Source: the human T2T-CHM13v2.0 reference genome, Homo sapiens
Direction: 5' to 3' (one strand)
Assembly: GCF_009914755.1 (NCBI RefSeq)
Contig: NC_060934.1
DNA length: 64,000 nucleotides
The translations under genes and the position numbers were made by a program. The notes under the pieces are model-generated. The model was not told the origin of the DNA. It ran no database searches and worked only from the letters and a program-made list of their open reading frames with translations. Position 1 is the first letter of the stretch; the number at the start of each line of letters is the position of its first letter. Positions 44,561 to 64,000 of the stretch are shown here, in pieces.

Positions 44561-44959
44561 CCCAGTCAGATTCCTATGGGATGTTTATTTCCTGTTTGTT
44601 TTAACTGTATTCCATTACCATTTTTTCTTTTTCTATACATTCATATTTAATTATAGTTTTCTAAAATGAAATAACTGCTTGAACAATTTCTCTGGTTTTA
44701 TACATAACCCAAATATCAAATTCAATTTTGCTATTACCATCACAATGACAATTTATCTATCATGCTTCCTATTAGCTCTTCTGTTTAAAACTCAAAAAGG
44801 AAGATCCATATATCATTTTACATGAATTTCAGAACTACCCATTATGCTTACATATAGATAAACAAGTATTTGGTATATCCACAAATTTTACCTTCACGCA
44901 TCTAGAAGATGCAGCATTTGTTTAGAGGACTTTACACCACATTACTTTGTTTTTTCTCT

Positions 44960-45475
44960 TTTTTATCAAAATGGCCTCAACAAAATTCTCCTCACCCTGT
45001 GCACATTGCTATTCATGCTGTGACTTTGCCTTTCCTACCATCGGAGGTGGAGTCTGTTTTCTCGCCCCATAAATCTGGGCTAGCCCTGTACTAGATTTTG
45101 CCCTATAGAATTTCATAGAAGTGACAGCAAATAAATTCCTAACCTAGAGTTTAAGAACCCTTATATTCCTCCTTCTTAGAATGTGGTACTTCAAAATTAA
45201 AAAGCCCAAGCTAGCCTTCTGACAGATAAGACCACAAAGAAAAAGACCCAGCCAACAGTACCAACTTCCTGACACAAGAACAATTCTCTGGTTTTACATA
45301 CAACCCAAATAAATGAGAGAGAGTCATTTTAGACCATCTATACCCAGCTGAACCATCAGATGATTGCAGAAGGAACCCTAAATAAGATCAGCAAAAGAAC
45401 TGCACACTTGAGACTAGCTCAAATTGCAAATTCACAGAATTGTGAGAAAATGAAACAACTGTTTTAACCCCAAAA
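44960..45475 (+). mobile_element. MLT1H-like LTR
   Basis: tgtgactttgcc...gaggtggagtctgtttt...aaatctgggctagccctgt...cacagaattgtgagaaaat. Confidence 0.75.
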
Positions 45476-45494
45476 GTCTGAAACAATTACCTAT

Positions 45495-45816
45495 TTTTTT
45501 TTTTTGGTAGGGGGGTGGCGTTGTTTGTTTTTCTGAGACAGGGTCTCACTTTGTCACCCAGGCTGGAGTGCAGTGGCATGATCATGGCTCACTTCAGCCT
45601 TGACCTCCTGGGCTCAAGTGATCCTCCCACCTCAGCCTCCCGAGTAGCTCGGACTATAGGCACACGCTACCTCTCACCCAGCTGGTTTTTGCATTTTTGT
45701 AGAGATGGGGTTTTGCCATGTTGCCCAAGCTGGTCTCAAACTCCTGAGCTCAAGCAATCCACCCACCTCAGCCTCCTGAAATGCTAGGATTATAGGCATG
45801 AGCCACTGTGCCCGGC
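45495..45816 (-). mobile_element. AluJ
   Basis: Full dimer. Confidence 0.93.
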
Positions 45817-46252
45817 CACACAATTACCACATTTTAAATTTCTTTTATATTTTGAAAATGCAGAAAAATGACTGAATATATATATTTAGCACTTTTCTCA
45901 TGGGAAAATCATAAACAATATCACATTTACATTTAATATTTGCTTGCACCTAAATTTAAGACTTCTTTAAAACAAAATTACCAGAATTATAGTCCTGAGA
46001 TTCAGCCATCCATCCATTTATTTATCAATCACCCTACTATGTTCCCGAACCAGAGAAACTGACCATATATCAGTGAACAAAAAAAAAAAATTTTTTAATC
46101 CTTGCCCTCACTTTTCACATTGGGGAGTTACAGACAACTCAATTCCAAAATACATTATTTTCTGATATATTAGTACTACAATGACATCCATAATTTTCAA
46201 GGGAAGAACATGTACAGAGAAATGTGCATATTATACTAATAAGCACTCTTAC

Positions 46253-46425
46253 CCTCATGCCAAGCACCAAGAACCCAATCTCTTCCATTAATGGGTACTT
46301 GCTGACCTGTTGCTGAATCTTCTCAGATGAGGCAAAAGGATCATAGCTTTTTTGCCCTATCTTTACATCCATTATACAGGGCTTATTAAATTTATGGGTC
46401 ACATCTTCCAGTTTTAGGTATAAAT
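46253..46425 (-). CDS. IPMK: IPMK internal coding exon (probably exon 4; 173 nt) with the inositol-phosphate kinase PxxxDxKxG motif
   Basis: aacag|ATTTATACCTA...GGCATGAGG|gtaag; translates (D)LYLKLEDVTHKFNKPCIMDVKIGQKSYDPFASSEKIQQQVSKYPLMEEIGFLVLGMR. Confidence 0.97.
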
Positions 46426-46964
46426 CTGTTATTAAAGAAAAATATTAATTAGTAATAGGCAAACATATTACTACTCAAGTACTTGCCAGGGAAAAACAAG
46501 ATGAGAAAATCCTAAAACAGAGAAAAAAGTTAAAATAAATGTAAAGTCAATAATTATTCTTAACTCTACCTAAAAAAAAAACCTAAACAACAAATTTATA
46601 ACAAGTATAAACATCACAGAGAAGCTCTTGCAGGAGGTGAATTAAATAAATTCAACCACAAGCAAAAGACAGCAGATACGAGGTTTCCAACAATATTAAA
46701 AAGGCAATGGGATCATTTCAAAAGCTTTTCCAGAATGCATTCCCCTTGTGAATACAATTTATGCCATATGTTTCAGCAGAACTCTTAGTATTTTAATAAT
46801 TTTTAAAAATTGATTCATTTAAAATTAGTAATAGGAATAAATCCTTCCCACAGAGTAATATAACAGAAGTACAGATTAAGAAAGGGTAAACCTATCCAAA
46901 TGATGATAATTGTCAAATATACATTCAAGTCTCACCAGTTTCAAAGGAAAAACACGAATCTTGC

Positions 46965-47256
46965 TTTTTATTTTTTTGAGACATGGTCTTGCTTTGTTGC
47001 CTGGGCTAGACTGCAGTGGCCAATCTTGGCTCAGTGTAACCTCCGCCTCCCAGGATCAAGCAATTCTTGTGCCTCAGGCTCTCAAATAACTGGGATGACA
47101 GGCGTGTACCACTGCCTGGCTAATTTTTATATTTTTAGTAGAGATGGTGTTTTGCCATGTTGGCCAGCCTGGTCTCGAACTTCTGGCCTCAAGTGATCTG
47201 CCTGCCTCGGCCTCCCAAACTGCTGAGATTACAGGTGTGAGTCACCATGCCCAGCC
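46965..47256 (-). mobile_element. AluS
   Basis: TSD atcttgcttttt. Confidence 0.93.
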
Positions 47257-47324
47257 CATCTTGCTTTTTTTTTTTTTTTTTTTTTTAGAACACAGGCATT
47301 CCCCAAAAGTTGTTCTGTATATCA

Positions 47325-47825
<501 letters not shown>

Positions 47826-50059
47826 TCAAAGTTCTGAATGAGATCATGACTCATTTTTTAGTTAGGAATGTAACAAGAAGTATTTCTCCTCAAACACAGA
47901 AAAGATTACTATCAGTGAACATGACAAATAAGGTTAGAGAAGGTGTTTATTTTCTCTGAATTAAATAAAAGAGTACCGGGGTAAGAGAAGCCTTACTCTC
48001 TGATGTCCTTTCATTATCCCCATTCCACCAAGACTAGCATAGCTGCTGAATTACAATAAAGAAGTTTATGCTCAAACAAAAGTGAGAACCCAGTTAGGGC
48101 TTGAAAAATTTTTAAGCCCCTCAGATTTAAAAGGAATAAATCTTCTCCTTCAAAGGACAAGAGATACTTTTTATGCTTTAGTCAAAGAAGAAGAGAGCAG
48201 GGTTATAACTCTGTAGAACTAAGTGAAGTTAAGCCCAAATATGACAAAAAAGTTACTGCAGTCCAAGGGAGAAGCACTGACACACCCAAGGAGCCTTCCA
48301 CACTTGAAAGAAGGGTTTTCCCAGACAGACAATTTCAGGATAAGAGAAAACAAAAGATCTTGACAGAGATATGAAACTGCTGTCTGTGAAAACTAATGGG
48401 ACAAGTGGAAATATCCTGATCAAGGAGTTGGAATACACCCAAGCTTCTGTGTCTAAAAGATAACCATGGATGGTATGAGAGAAGAAAGAAGCACAGGACA
48501 TTTACCTTCAGATTTTCTCCTCCCATCTCCAACCACCTTAAGCAAAAAGGAAGAAAACAGATCCAGCCCCACTCTAGGGCTGCTCAATAATTTCAGTAAA
48601 AAGACTTGAATTTCAAATATCAGAATAAAGCTAATTAGATAGTAATACATAGTACAGTAGATCCTTGGCATTCAAAAATTTATTATCATTAATTTAGACT
48701 CAAGAGACTCCAGAAATCTTACTGGGGTCAAGTTGTATATGGGAGTATAAAGATAGTGAGAGAACGTAGCTAAATGTCACAGCATCTATATCTCACTGTA
48801 GGGTTAGTGTCTTCTACCTGTCAACCTGACAGTGATTAAAAACAAACAACAAACTTTTTATGATAAGATAAAGATAAGAGAAGCTAGGGTAGAGGCTTTG
48901 CAACTCTGAAATAAAATCTCCTATCTCTTACTTTTTCTTTTTGAAAGGAGGAAAATACAAATGCAAACTCTATATATAGTGGAAATACAATAAATGTTTG
49001 CTGAATGAATGTTTGCCCTTCCCATTCCTATTGTCCAGTGAAACTTTAGACTTGGCCTTCCTCACACTATAATAAATTGAGGCACCCCTTCAGTAAATAG
49101 GGATGAATATCATGGGTTTTATTTGATATTTTGTTAGACTATCCAAATGTGTTTTTCTTTACTTTACTTTCAGGTCCTTCTTATGTTTCATATGGTTGGA
49201 ATTACCAAATAACTGCTAAATTATTTCTTATTCGCCTTCAGAAATAAAACCATAAGTTAAGCCTAGTGAAGAGTGGTTTGGTGTTTTCTTTCTGTTCTCT
49301 AATCTTACATTTTTTTAAGTGAAAATAAGAATTTGAGATTCTCATTTCTATCTTTCCCTCTGAGTTAAAAAATAAACATCAAAACCTGCTTTAGAGATGC
49401 AGAATTCTTATGAAAGAATGCGATACCATGTCTTTCACAACTTGACTGCAAGTGCTTTTGAAAAAGGTAAATAGAAAAACAGGGCATGATCTGAGCATTG
49501 AGATTTTTACTGATTTACAGGCTGTCATTAATAGAAATAAATCTGATTATTAATTCACCCTGAAAAATGCTATTAGCAAATTCTTTCCCTAGAAGAGAGT
49601 TTAATTCAAGGTAGATCAATCCTGAGACTCAGTTACTTAAATGACCAAAGACATTTTACTACAGGCAGCCTCACTTACAAAGCAATGCCAAATTCTGGAT
49701 TAACAAAGGACACCTTTTCGGCTAGGCCCCTCTGGGTATAGAGTGGAGCAGTATTTTTCCATTTCTAGGCCACAACCCATCATTGGATTATGAATTCAAC
49801 TTAATAGGTTGTAACTAAGTTTCCTAAATGAAAGAGAAAAGAGAATATATGAGACTATCTCACAGATAGTAAGACTAAGTATTGTTGTCTGGGTTGGTCT
49901 GTCTTATAAACATTGAGTTGCAATGTAAAAATGTATTTATTACGTATCATAGACAAAGAAGTTTATTCCCCCCATGCCCTAAAGGCCCAGTGTTTTCTTG
50001 TTTTTTTCCTTTTAGACAAAGAAGTTTTAAAAACACTTGACTAGATAGAATGTCACTCT

Positions 50060-50540
50060 GTCATTAGCATGTCTGCCCAGCTCAAGAACTATCCTCAGTC
50101 CTACAGAAGTGGTCCCTTTGCCAACACCATCATACTTTGGGAATCCAGCCCATGGCCCACAGTCACTGACTGGGGCAGGAGCAAATATCTGATACAAGCT
50201 TGGTCAGTCTTGCCAATTTGGAAATGGAATGCAGAGAAAACCTGTTGCTGACCTCTGTGGGTGACTGGTACTGTAACATGTAAGTCCCTTGGTAGGGAGG
50301 GGAGAGGTGTGGATAGCAAGGAAGGCAGAGGAGAGAAGAGGAAGGGTTAAGTAAATATGCAGAGAGAGATCTCCCTGGGCTTTGATAGGGTTCAGATTCT
50401 AGTTCCAGTCCCATCTTAGACTCAGATGCATGGCCCTTGGCTTTCATAAGACACCCTCATATCCTTATAAGAACTTTTCCTTGTTGCTTAATCATGTTCA
50501 AGTTCATTTCCATAACTTGTGCCCAAAGAATCTTAACTGA
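50060..50540 (+). mobile_element. Old MaLR/ERVL LTR (MLT1K/LTR16-like)
   Basis: 3' end ttgcttaatcatgttcaagttcatttccataacttgtgcccaaagaatcttaactga. Confidence 0.55.
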
Positions 50541-50579
50541 GATGATAAAGTTTAAAGCAACTGCTTTAGAAGAAGAAAA

Positions 50580-50745
50580 AGGAGGCTCAAATCTCAACTC
50601 TATAATTTGCTAGCCTGTGACCTCAGGAGCACTTCTCAAAACCTCAATTATATGTAAAATGCAGATAATTACAGACTCTACCACAGGGATATTAAGAAGA
50701 CTAAATGAGATAATATACAGTAAAGCACTTAGCATAGTGTCAGTC
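50580..50745 (+). mobile_element. MIR
   Basis: ctgtgacctc...tgtaaaatgcagataat...aaatgagataatatacagtaaagcacttagcatagtg. Confidence 0.8.
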
Positions 50746-51664
50746 CTCATCCCATAAATGCAGGTTACACATTCCCATATCCCCTCCAAAATAAAATTTC
50801 ATACATTCCATATATAATTACTGTCAAGGCACACAGGTGAAGAAAACAGATAAAAACCTGCCTTCATAGAGCTGCTTTTGAAGAGTTGAAATCGCATTAC
50901 ACTTAGCATAATTGCTGCTACGTATTTGGTACTCACTGAATATTTATTCATTTTACCTCTAAGTATATATAAATATTAAACAAGTAAGTCACTGATAAGT
51001 ATTAAAACCTGCTAACCATGTTAGGTCACCAATGAGTACAGGTCTAACTTTGATATTCAGTATAAATAAAAATAGAAGATGATTCCCTGGAGTCTATTCT
51101 TACCCTTCCAGATGAGACAAGCATAATACACACAAAATTAAAAGATGTATTCATAACTCAATTATGCACTTGATAATGGATATTCTCCAACCCTCAGGCT
51201 AATATCAAGCCTTAGCCTTTAGTTATATTAAAAAGAATACTTATATGTAATAAACCTACTTATTACATATTGATTTCACCTCAAGTTAAAGTAACTCTCT
51301 TTTGCATGTGTCATGACTGCAAAACACACTCAATCTGACCACTAACCTCAAGTATGCCCTTAAAGTTGCTCAACTATCATGATCTGTTTCCCAAATCTCC
51401 TCACTTTTCCATCCTCTGAGACTACTATTTCATCCTTCCTTCCCCCATCATCCATAAGCTCAGCTTGCCTATTTTTTTTTTTTTAAATTCTGAAGAAAAA
51501 GCTACAGATTAGTCAAGGTTATAGATAGTAAAGATTACTACAGTAAAGATTACTACAGCTAGGTTTTCTTTGATGCAATAATAACATAAAAAAGATGACA
51601 GCAAATAAGAAATTTGTTCTAAGACTGATCCAAAAAAATATAATGAACTAAAAATAAGATAGAT

Positions 51665-52291
<627 letters not shown>

Positions 52292-52982
52292 AAGATAGAT
52301 GTGTTCTATCTGGAATAGTTTAAGTTCACTCTGTTCAAGGTCAAGAATATAAATTAGGCTATATTAATATGATGATTGGAAAATATCTTGTAAAATAATT
52401 ATGAGTATTTCACATGATGTAGTTTACAAGTAAAGGCAGAATTTTGAATATTAGAATAGAGCTTAATTTTACATATCTATATACCTCTCATAGACGTGTG
52501 TGTATCATAAAGATAGCACAATTAACTAGATTTACTTTTATAACTCTGGAAACTCTATTTAGGACTCTTATGAAGTGAGTCCTGCAGAAGTCTAAGGACT
52601 GGCACTTGTAAACCCCAGATCTAAGACAGAGAGTCTGTAAAGCTTAGTGCTGGTACTTGTATAATAAATAAAAGGATATCTACTCTTCATAAATATGTGG
52701 AGTTCATTTCAAGAGGTAACTATGTTTAGAAATAAAGCTACATTTAAGAGGCTATGGCTAATAACCTATCACTTATTAATTTATAGAAAGTATATAAAGA
52801 ATTTCTATAGTGCCTTAATTTTTCTGAGGTAAAGATCATGAAAATACCACGTGTTCAGAAATATAACACTTCCTGCTGTTTTAAGTAGACTACATAAGAT
52901 CACTCTGTGGCTTTACCAAGGATATTGTTTTCATGCCCAAAATATTTATGTATTTCATGATGCTGATGATAGTATGAGATTA

Positions 52983-53279
52983 TATTAAGTGAAGTAACTC
53001 AGGAATGGAAAACCAAACATCATATGTTCTCACTCATAAGTGGGAGCTAAACTTTGAGGATGCAAAGGCATAAGAACAATACAATGGACTTTGGGGATTC
53101 CGGGGAAAAGGCGGAAGGTGGGTGAGGGATAAAAGACTACACACTGGGTACAGTGTACACTGCTCTGGCGATGGGTGCACCAAAATCTCAGAAATCACCA
53201 CTAAATAACTTATTTATGTAACCAAACACCACCTATTCCCCCAAAAACCTATTGAAATTTTAAAAAATTTAAAAATAAA
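52983..53279 (+). mobile_element. L1PB 3'-end fragment
   Basis: aagtgaagtaactcaggaatggaaaaccaaacatc...gggtgcaccaaaatctcagaaatcaccactaaa. Confidence 0.9.
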
Positions 53280-53775
53280 GATTACACAAGGTTACTATGA
53301 ATGAAACTTTTCTATCTTGTTTAACATACATAATTAAATATAACTATCTTAAACGTAAGTTAAATATACATATTGTTTTATAAGTGTTAGGTATAAAAAA
53401 AATTCCTTTAGCTAATTTTCTACTGCTAGTCTTGATACCCTAAGAAAAAGAGGCAAAAAGAGCCCTACAGAAAAATCTCGAAAAATCTACAGATCACTAA
53501 ATAGTAAAGATGAAATAACTAGTTCCTTTAAAGGGAAGGCAACAGGGAGGGCATTTAGGGAATTGAAAGAATACTTATTTACAGCCCCTTAATCAATATT
53601 GTTGATTTCATAAATTACGAAAATATGGGTTTCAAATTTCATTAAGGTTTTCCTCATCCTATCTGGAAAATCTACTAGGTATCAGCTACCATCTTGATTT
53701 CTAAACCTCATAAAAAAGGAGGAAAAGCCAGATGAAGAACCACTGCTCGATTATGAAGCCAACTGGAAAAACAGA

Positions 53776-54138
53776 TGATATGGTTTGGCTCTCTGTCCCC
53801 AACCAAATCTCATCTCTAATTGGAATCCCCATGTGCTGAGGGAGGAACCTGCTGGAAGGTGATTGGATTATGGGGTGTTTTCCCCCAAGCTGTTCTCATG
53901 ATAGTGAGGGAATTCTCACGAGATCTGATAGTTTTAAAAGTGGCAGTTTCCCCTGCACTTTCTCTCTCCTGCCACCATGTAAGACGTGCCTTGCTTTCCC
54001 TTCACCTTCCACCATGATTTTAAGTTTCCTGAGGCCTCATCAGCCATGCAGAACTGTGAGTCGATTAAACCTCTTTTCTTTATAAATTATCCAGTCTCAG
54101 GCAGTATCTTTAAAGCAGCATGAAAATGGACTAATACA
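53776..54138 (+). mobile_element. THE1D/MSTA solo LTR
   Basis: tgatatggtttggctc...aaatggactaataca. Confidence 0.92.
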
Positions 54139-55329
54139 ATAAGACCTTTCTTTTCCACATCAATCTTCAGCTATTTCTGAGAACAATACAAGTTGAAAGC
54201 AGAAAGAATAATAAGTAGAGACCTTGGGTCCCCAGATTAGGGGTGAAGGAAGAGGTATGCAACAGACATGTATGTCAGCTTGTTTCAGTTCATGCCTCCT
54301 GCAACATGACTAGTAGCTAGCTCCAGAAAACTACCAATCAATCAGACTAGAGATTACATTTTGAAAACTCTCAATTTTTTCAAACCTACTCGATGTTATA
54401 CTTTTCTATCCCTCCAAATAATTATATCCAACAGTTTTTGATGCTACATGTATTAGCCTTTTATGTGTTTATACACAGGTACAAAAGATATTTACTATAT
54501 ATAACTAGCATGAAATGTTCAAAGATAATTGCCAACAAATGTTATATTTTTAAAATTCCACTGCTCATGTTCTAAAATTAGATAATTGTGATGATTGTAT
54601 AATTCTGCGAATATACTAGAAACCACTGAGTTGTATGCTTTAAATGGATCAGTTTTATGGTATGTAAATTATATCTCAATAAAACTATCATAACAAAATT
54701 AAAAGAAAAAACCTCATTGGTCAGAACATTCTTATTCTTCAAATTATTATATGATAATTTGTTGAACAAGTTGGCTTTCAGCATTTTACTACTTTGGATT
54801 ATTAAAAACAGTATCAGCTTTATAAAACTCTACCCTGGACACATAAGAAAAGATACCCAAACAACAAGAACAAAAACCAACAGGAAATAATGTCATTAGT
54901 TTTAGACTACATAAAACACAGTAACGCAAACCATAGTATTCTACTACAACTCAAGCAAATATGTTTTCATGATCCTGTGGGCTAAACATGTACATAAGTT
55001 TGCTGTCTTCTATTTCTTTCATTTGCAATCAAAAGGATAAAAACAGAAAGATGATTCTATGAAGTTGCTAGTAAAATCAAAAGAAAACAATCTGCATGGT
55101 CCAACAGTTTTGTCCCACTTCTTCCAGAGCTAACAAAGTAGGAAAGAAGTAGAAAATCCCTTGAGGCAACTGTTGGTACTACTGGACCACTCTGTTATCA
55201 TATACACTTTATTCCTTGTCCTTTTTTCCCTTCAGTTTACATTTTTCCTCTCTTCACTCAGCTTCCTCACTTCATCCTCTCATCTTAGGAGCACCAATAT
55301 CTCCATTTATTTTCAAATGAGAGAATTAG

Positions 55330-55510
55330 AGTTTATAAAATATTTTCACATAAGATAACATGCATCTTTACAACTTGGTGGTATTACTTTCTATTTGTAG
55401 AAGAAAACGTGGAGCTCAAAAAGATTACTGAGTTAGCCAAGTTCACAATATTTGTAAATAACCAAGATAGAGGCCAAATATTTTTACTTCAAAGTTACTG
55501 CTCCTTCTAT
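55330..55510 (-). mobile_element. MIR fragment
   Basis: gtattactttctatttgtagaagaaaacgtggagctcaaa...ccaagttcaca. Confidence 0.55.
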
Positions 55511-56369
55511 ATTAGCATAGCTGAACTTCAAGATTATATAGTATTGAAGACCAAAAAGGTTGATTACTAGCAATCCCTTGATTATTTAAATCATATGCTA
55601 GTAACCCTAAACTAAAAAGGCTATCTTTAATTAAAATGTTTCTTCTCTTATCCAAATTCTTTCTGTATACTCTATTCATAGTAATTATGCTGTATTTGCT
55701 AGTTATTCTACTCTTTCCAAACAATCTTTTAAACTAAGCATTTAATTACGTAGATTTTCAATCAAACACCATCCTCAGCAACCTTCATTAATTTTTCAGC
55801 GTCACTTTACTGAGGAATAATGATTTACTCTAAATTAAACAGCAATCAGTAGCAAAGTTCATTGGAATCTAGATACTGTACCTTCTCCTTTCCTTTATCT
55901 CATTTATAGCATTCCTGAAAACTTCCACTTACAGCAAAGAGGGAAAAAAAAGGAAGGCATTAAATGGGTTTGCGAGAGATTATATAGGGAATGATGACCA
56001 AAGGGCAATCATAATGACTTGTAAACTAATTTAAGCAAAATGTTGATCTGAATCATAGACAAATAGATATAGTTAGGACTAAAAAGACCTGTAAGCCCAC
56101 AAAAAAGAAGGAAGGAATTAAGGGAGGAAGGAAAAAAGACAGTTAATAGAGCTTTGGCTCACTTTCTTTTTTTCATACAATTAAAGTACAGAGGAATCAT
56201 AAATACTCAAGGGAGCCATCAATTTACTATCAGCTAGCTGAGGATACTCACAGAGAGATACCAGGGTTCCCTATTAGTGAAACCTGGCACGCAAAGTCAT
56301 TAAGTTAAAGGAAGACAAGAACTGACAAAAGGAATAGGCAGGCTCACACTGGAATCCCCTTCTCTTTCT

Positions 56370-56545
56370 GTCCTCAAAGTGTGGTTCAAGAACTATCCAC
56401 ATCAGAAACACCCATGGCTTTTATTTAACAGGCATATCACTACACTCCAACATAGACCTGTATAAACAAAATGTCTGGGAGTTGGCCTTACATATTTGCA
56501 TTTTAACAAGACCATAGGTTATTTTTAAACCCACTGAAGTTTGAA
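56370..56545. mobile_element. MER5A-like hAT fragment (another at ~20670-20770)
   Basis: ctcaaagtgtggttc...tttgcattttaacaag...cactgaagtttgaa. Confidence 0.65.
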
Positions 56546-57150
56546 GCCCTTTCCCCTCAATTCACCTTTGTCAATGGTCAGTCAGTCAAGCTGCTTGTTT
56601 AATTAAATTGTATGTGTTTTGGCAAAGGCCTTCTGGGGGCAAATACTGCTTCAGGTATTAGTTAATCTTAAAAAAGAGAAATTCTGTGCCCTATTTAGGT
56701 CATTTTATTCTCTATGAAACTTACCAGTGCTTTTCAGAAGACTGTAATTTAAAGCCTGGAGGTGAGGGATGAAGGAACAGGATAAGAGACTGGGAGGAAG
56801 TCATGCAGAGACAATATTTTTCTTGATTTTTAAAAAATCACTCAAAATGGGAAAAGAAACTACACAATAAATTAGGACAGAACATCTGCAAATTAAGATA
56901 GTATTAAGTCTATATGCTTCCATTCAACTATAAGAGATTGGCCATTTACTTGTATATGCCATTTTAGAAATGGTTATGAAAACAAAAGTATTAATAAGTT
57001 TCATTTAGTGAAAGAAAGATTAGAAAGCAAAACATATATATTTTGTGTTTTTATAATACATACTCAGTTAAATTTTAATTTTACATAAGGCCTTTAAAGA
57101 AGCTACACTCATGAATTAAAACTGAAAGATAATTTTTATGACAAGATTAC

Positions 57151-57247
57151 CGTTTGGTGCAGTGGGAGGTGACCAGATGCCATAATATTTTGGCAAATAT
57201 TTTCGTAGCTCTAGAAGAACACCATCAAAACAGTCAGCAGCATAAAC
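57151..57247 (-). CDS. IPMK: IPMK internal coding exon (probably exon 3; 97 nt, phase 0 to phase 1)
   Basis: Minus strand reads tttcag|GTTTATGCTGCT...CCAAACG|gtaat and translates VYAADCFDGVLLELRKYLPKYYGIWSPPTAPN. Canonical AG/GT sites; joins the next exon in frame (G|AT = Asp). Confidence 0.96.
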
Positions 57248-58581
57248 CTGAAACAGAGAAATATAACATTGCTAGATTCTTACAATGCTTTGTAACTGCC
57301 CTGCACATTTCTCAAATAAAATTTATGTTGAATTATAATTCATCTGGTATGGCTTCAATTGCAAGTAAATTTGGAACAAGCAAAAAATATTACTGTGTGT
57401 CTCCAATGAGTAACTATGTATTTAGAGTACACTCTTCTTGGTTATCTAATTCTAGCCTTTTACTATCGAACTATTTTACAACTTTGTAAGTTATAGATAC
57501 TGATAGCAAATGCAAAATAACTCTTGTCCATAAACATGTAAATAAATTCTGGCCAGAGGACATTCTTCTGACTTTCCTCCATGCACCCTGAGAGGAGGAA
57601 ATGTAGTGGCAATATGAAAATTCACATCAAACTTCCATTATTCCAGATAAATGTGTGTTTCTTTAACTTCTCTTTTGAACAAGTTTTAACATTTATCTGG
57701 TTCCCTCATTAAATAATATGTTAAAGCAAATCTTTAACACATATTTGTTTTATATCTACATGGTGATTTTTGCTTTTATCTTTTTTAAAAAAAATCCTTT
57801 AACACAATGTAAGTCTAACTGCTGCTCATTTAATTCCTTGATTTGTAACCATTAATAATGCTAAAAGATATTAGAAAATTCTAATATCCTAGAACTAGAT
57901 TCTAGTTTTCCTAGAAGACAGAATATTTTTTGTTTACAAAATGGCATGTAAGACATGTTATCCAATGATCTTTCCTAAATATTCTCTACCTAATTATCTA
58001 AAATTAATGAAGTTTACTGGTGTAAAATGCTTACGAAAACTTAGTATTAGAATCTAATTATATATGCCAAACCATATTTATGTCAAGTAGTTGTATGCAA
58101 CATAATTCTTCAGAATAAACTCAAGTGTGGCAGACTCTTGGCAGACCAAATATCCAAGTGGTACATTGTATTTCCCAGATTCCCCTGTTGAAATGTTAGA
58201 AGTGATTCATATTAGTCACTTCCAGGCCAAGGTAATTTAGAGTAAGTATACCTGAACGTCCCTCTATTCCTAGCACAATGACCGTGGGTGCAGTGCTGAG
58301 GATGAGCTAATTACAAGACGGAGGAATGAAGTAGATCTCTGTGTACTGATCTAAAGAACTCCATGCTATATTTATACATGAAAAAGATAAAAGGCATATT
58401 ACATAAAAATATATATAGCAGGTCTATGAAATTAAGTAAGATACATATGTGTGTATCATCTCTGTAAAGGCACAGAAAAAATTACAAATATTCATTTGAA
58501 ACTACTCATAGTTTAATTCTGGAATGGAAATGAAAGAGAGATAAATTTTCTCTTCTTATTTAGAATATTTTTTAAAAGTAG

Positions 58582-58897
<316 letters not shown>

Positions 58898-59381
58898 AAG
58901 ATAACCTAAAAACCTTTCTATCTTGAAATGTAGAATAAAATATAACAAATATTTTCTTAAATGCATAGCTGAGCTCTCAAGGAAAAAAAAGGGAATTCTT
59001 CTTAGTTTTGCATGCCTATGAAACAAAAGTGTTAACCCAAGCAGTGATGTTTGGGCTTCACAGAGGTTCACTCAAGACCTGAACCAAAGGATCTCAGAAC
59101 TCAGGGATGAGGCAGAGCTGAGGACAGAGTTACTATACTGAAACATGGAGAGTAAATAAAATTCAAAATCCTGAAAAATAAAAATCTTGGCTTACTTCTC
59201 TCTCCCCCAACCACTGAACTCCAAGAATGCTGGCAGCTAAGCTTACAGAGAAAAACAGAGAAGCAGCAAACAAACAATATTAGGAAAGAAAAGGGACTCT
59301 CAACTGATAGAGCAGAATTTTTTTTTTAAATACTAGGAAAAGCTTTGTCAAGAGGGCAATTTGTATTTAAAAAATAATCTA

Positions 59382-59693
<312 letters not shown>

Positions 59694-59829
59694 CTAAATA
59701 TATTGTACTATCACATTAACAAATAAAATAAAAATCTGAAGAACTTTAAGAAATCAAATCACTGGTTAAAAATCTATCCTTCCCAGGAACAAATGAAAGA
59801 AAGAAAGCATGAAAAAGAGGAAAGAAAGA

Positions 59830-64000
<4,171 letters not shown>

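Noticed and set aside
57154-57489. 111-aa + strand ORF overlapping exon 3
   Set aside because: Antisense shadow with a non-ATG start and no recognisable homology.

Overview
Primate (very likely human) genomic DNA. The only supportable protein-coding gene is the 3' part of IPMK (inositol polyphosphate multikinase) on the minus strand. Four GT-AG coding exons (57247-57151, 46425-46253, 29426-29345, 26803-26181) splice into one 324-aa open frame with the PxxxDxKxG, SSLL and IDF motifs. A ~4.56-kb 3' UTR follows, ending near 21620; the 5' exons lie beyond the right edge. Exon numbers 3-6 come from my recollection of the human gene. One intron holds a full-length TPT1 processed pseudogene. The rest is interspersed repeats: ~23 Alus, L1, L2, MIR, MaLR LTRs, Tigger1, MER2 and MADE1. 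Repeat subfamily calls are by eye and their boundaries are approximate. I found no convincing new biological system. The best leads are: (1) a 5'-complete L1PA whose antisense promoter and open ORF0 point into IPMK exon 3; (2) stop-free exon circles bracketed by inverted Alus; (3) an L1PB that keeps both ends and a TSD but has three internal deletions; (4) several locally templated insertions and duplications.
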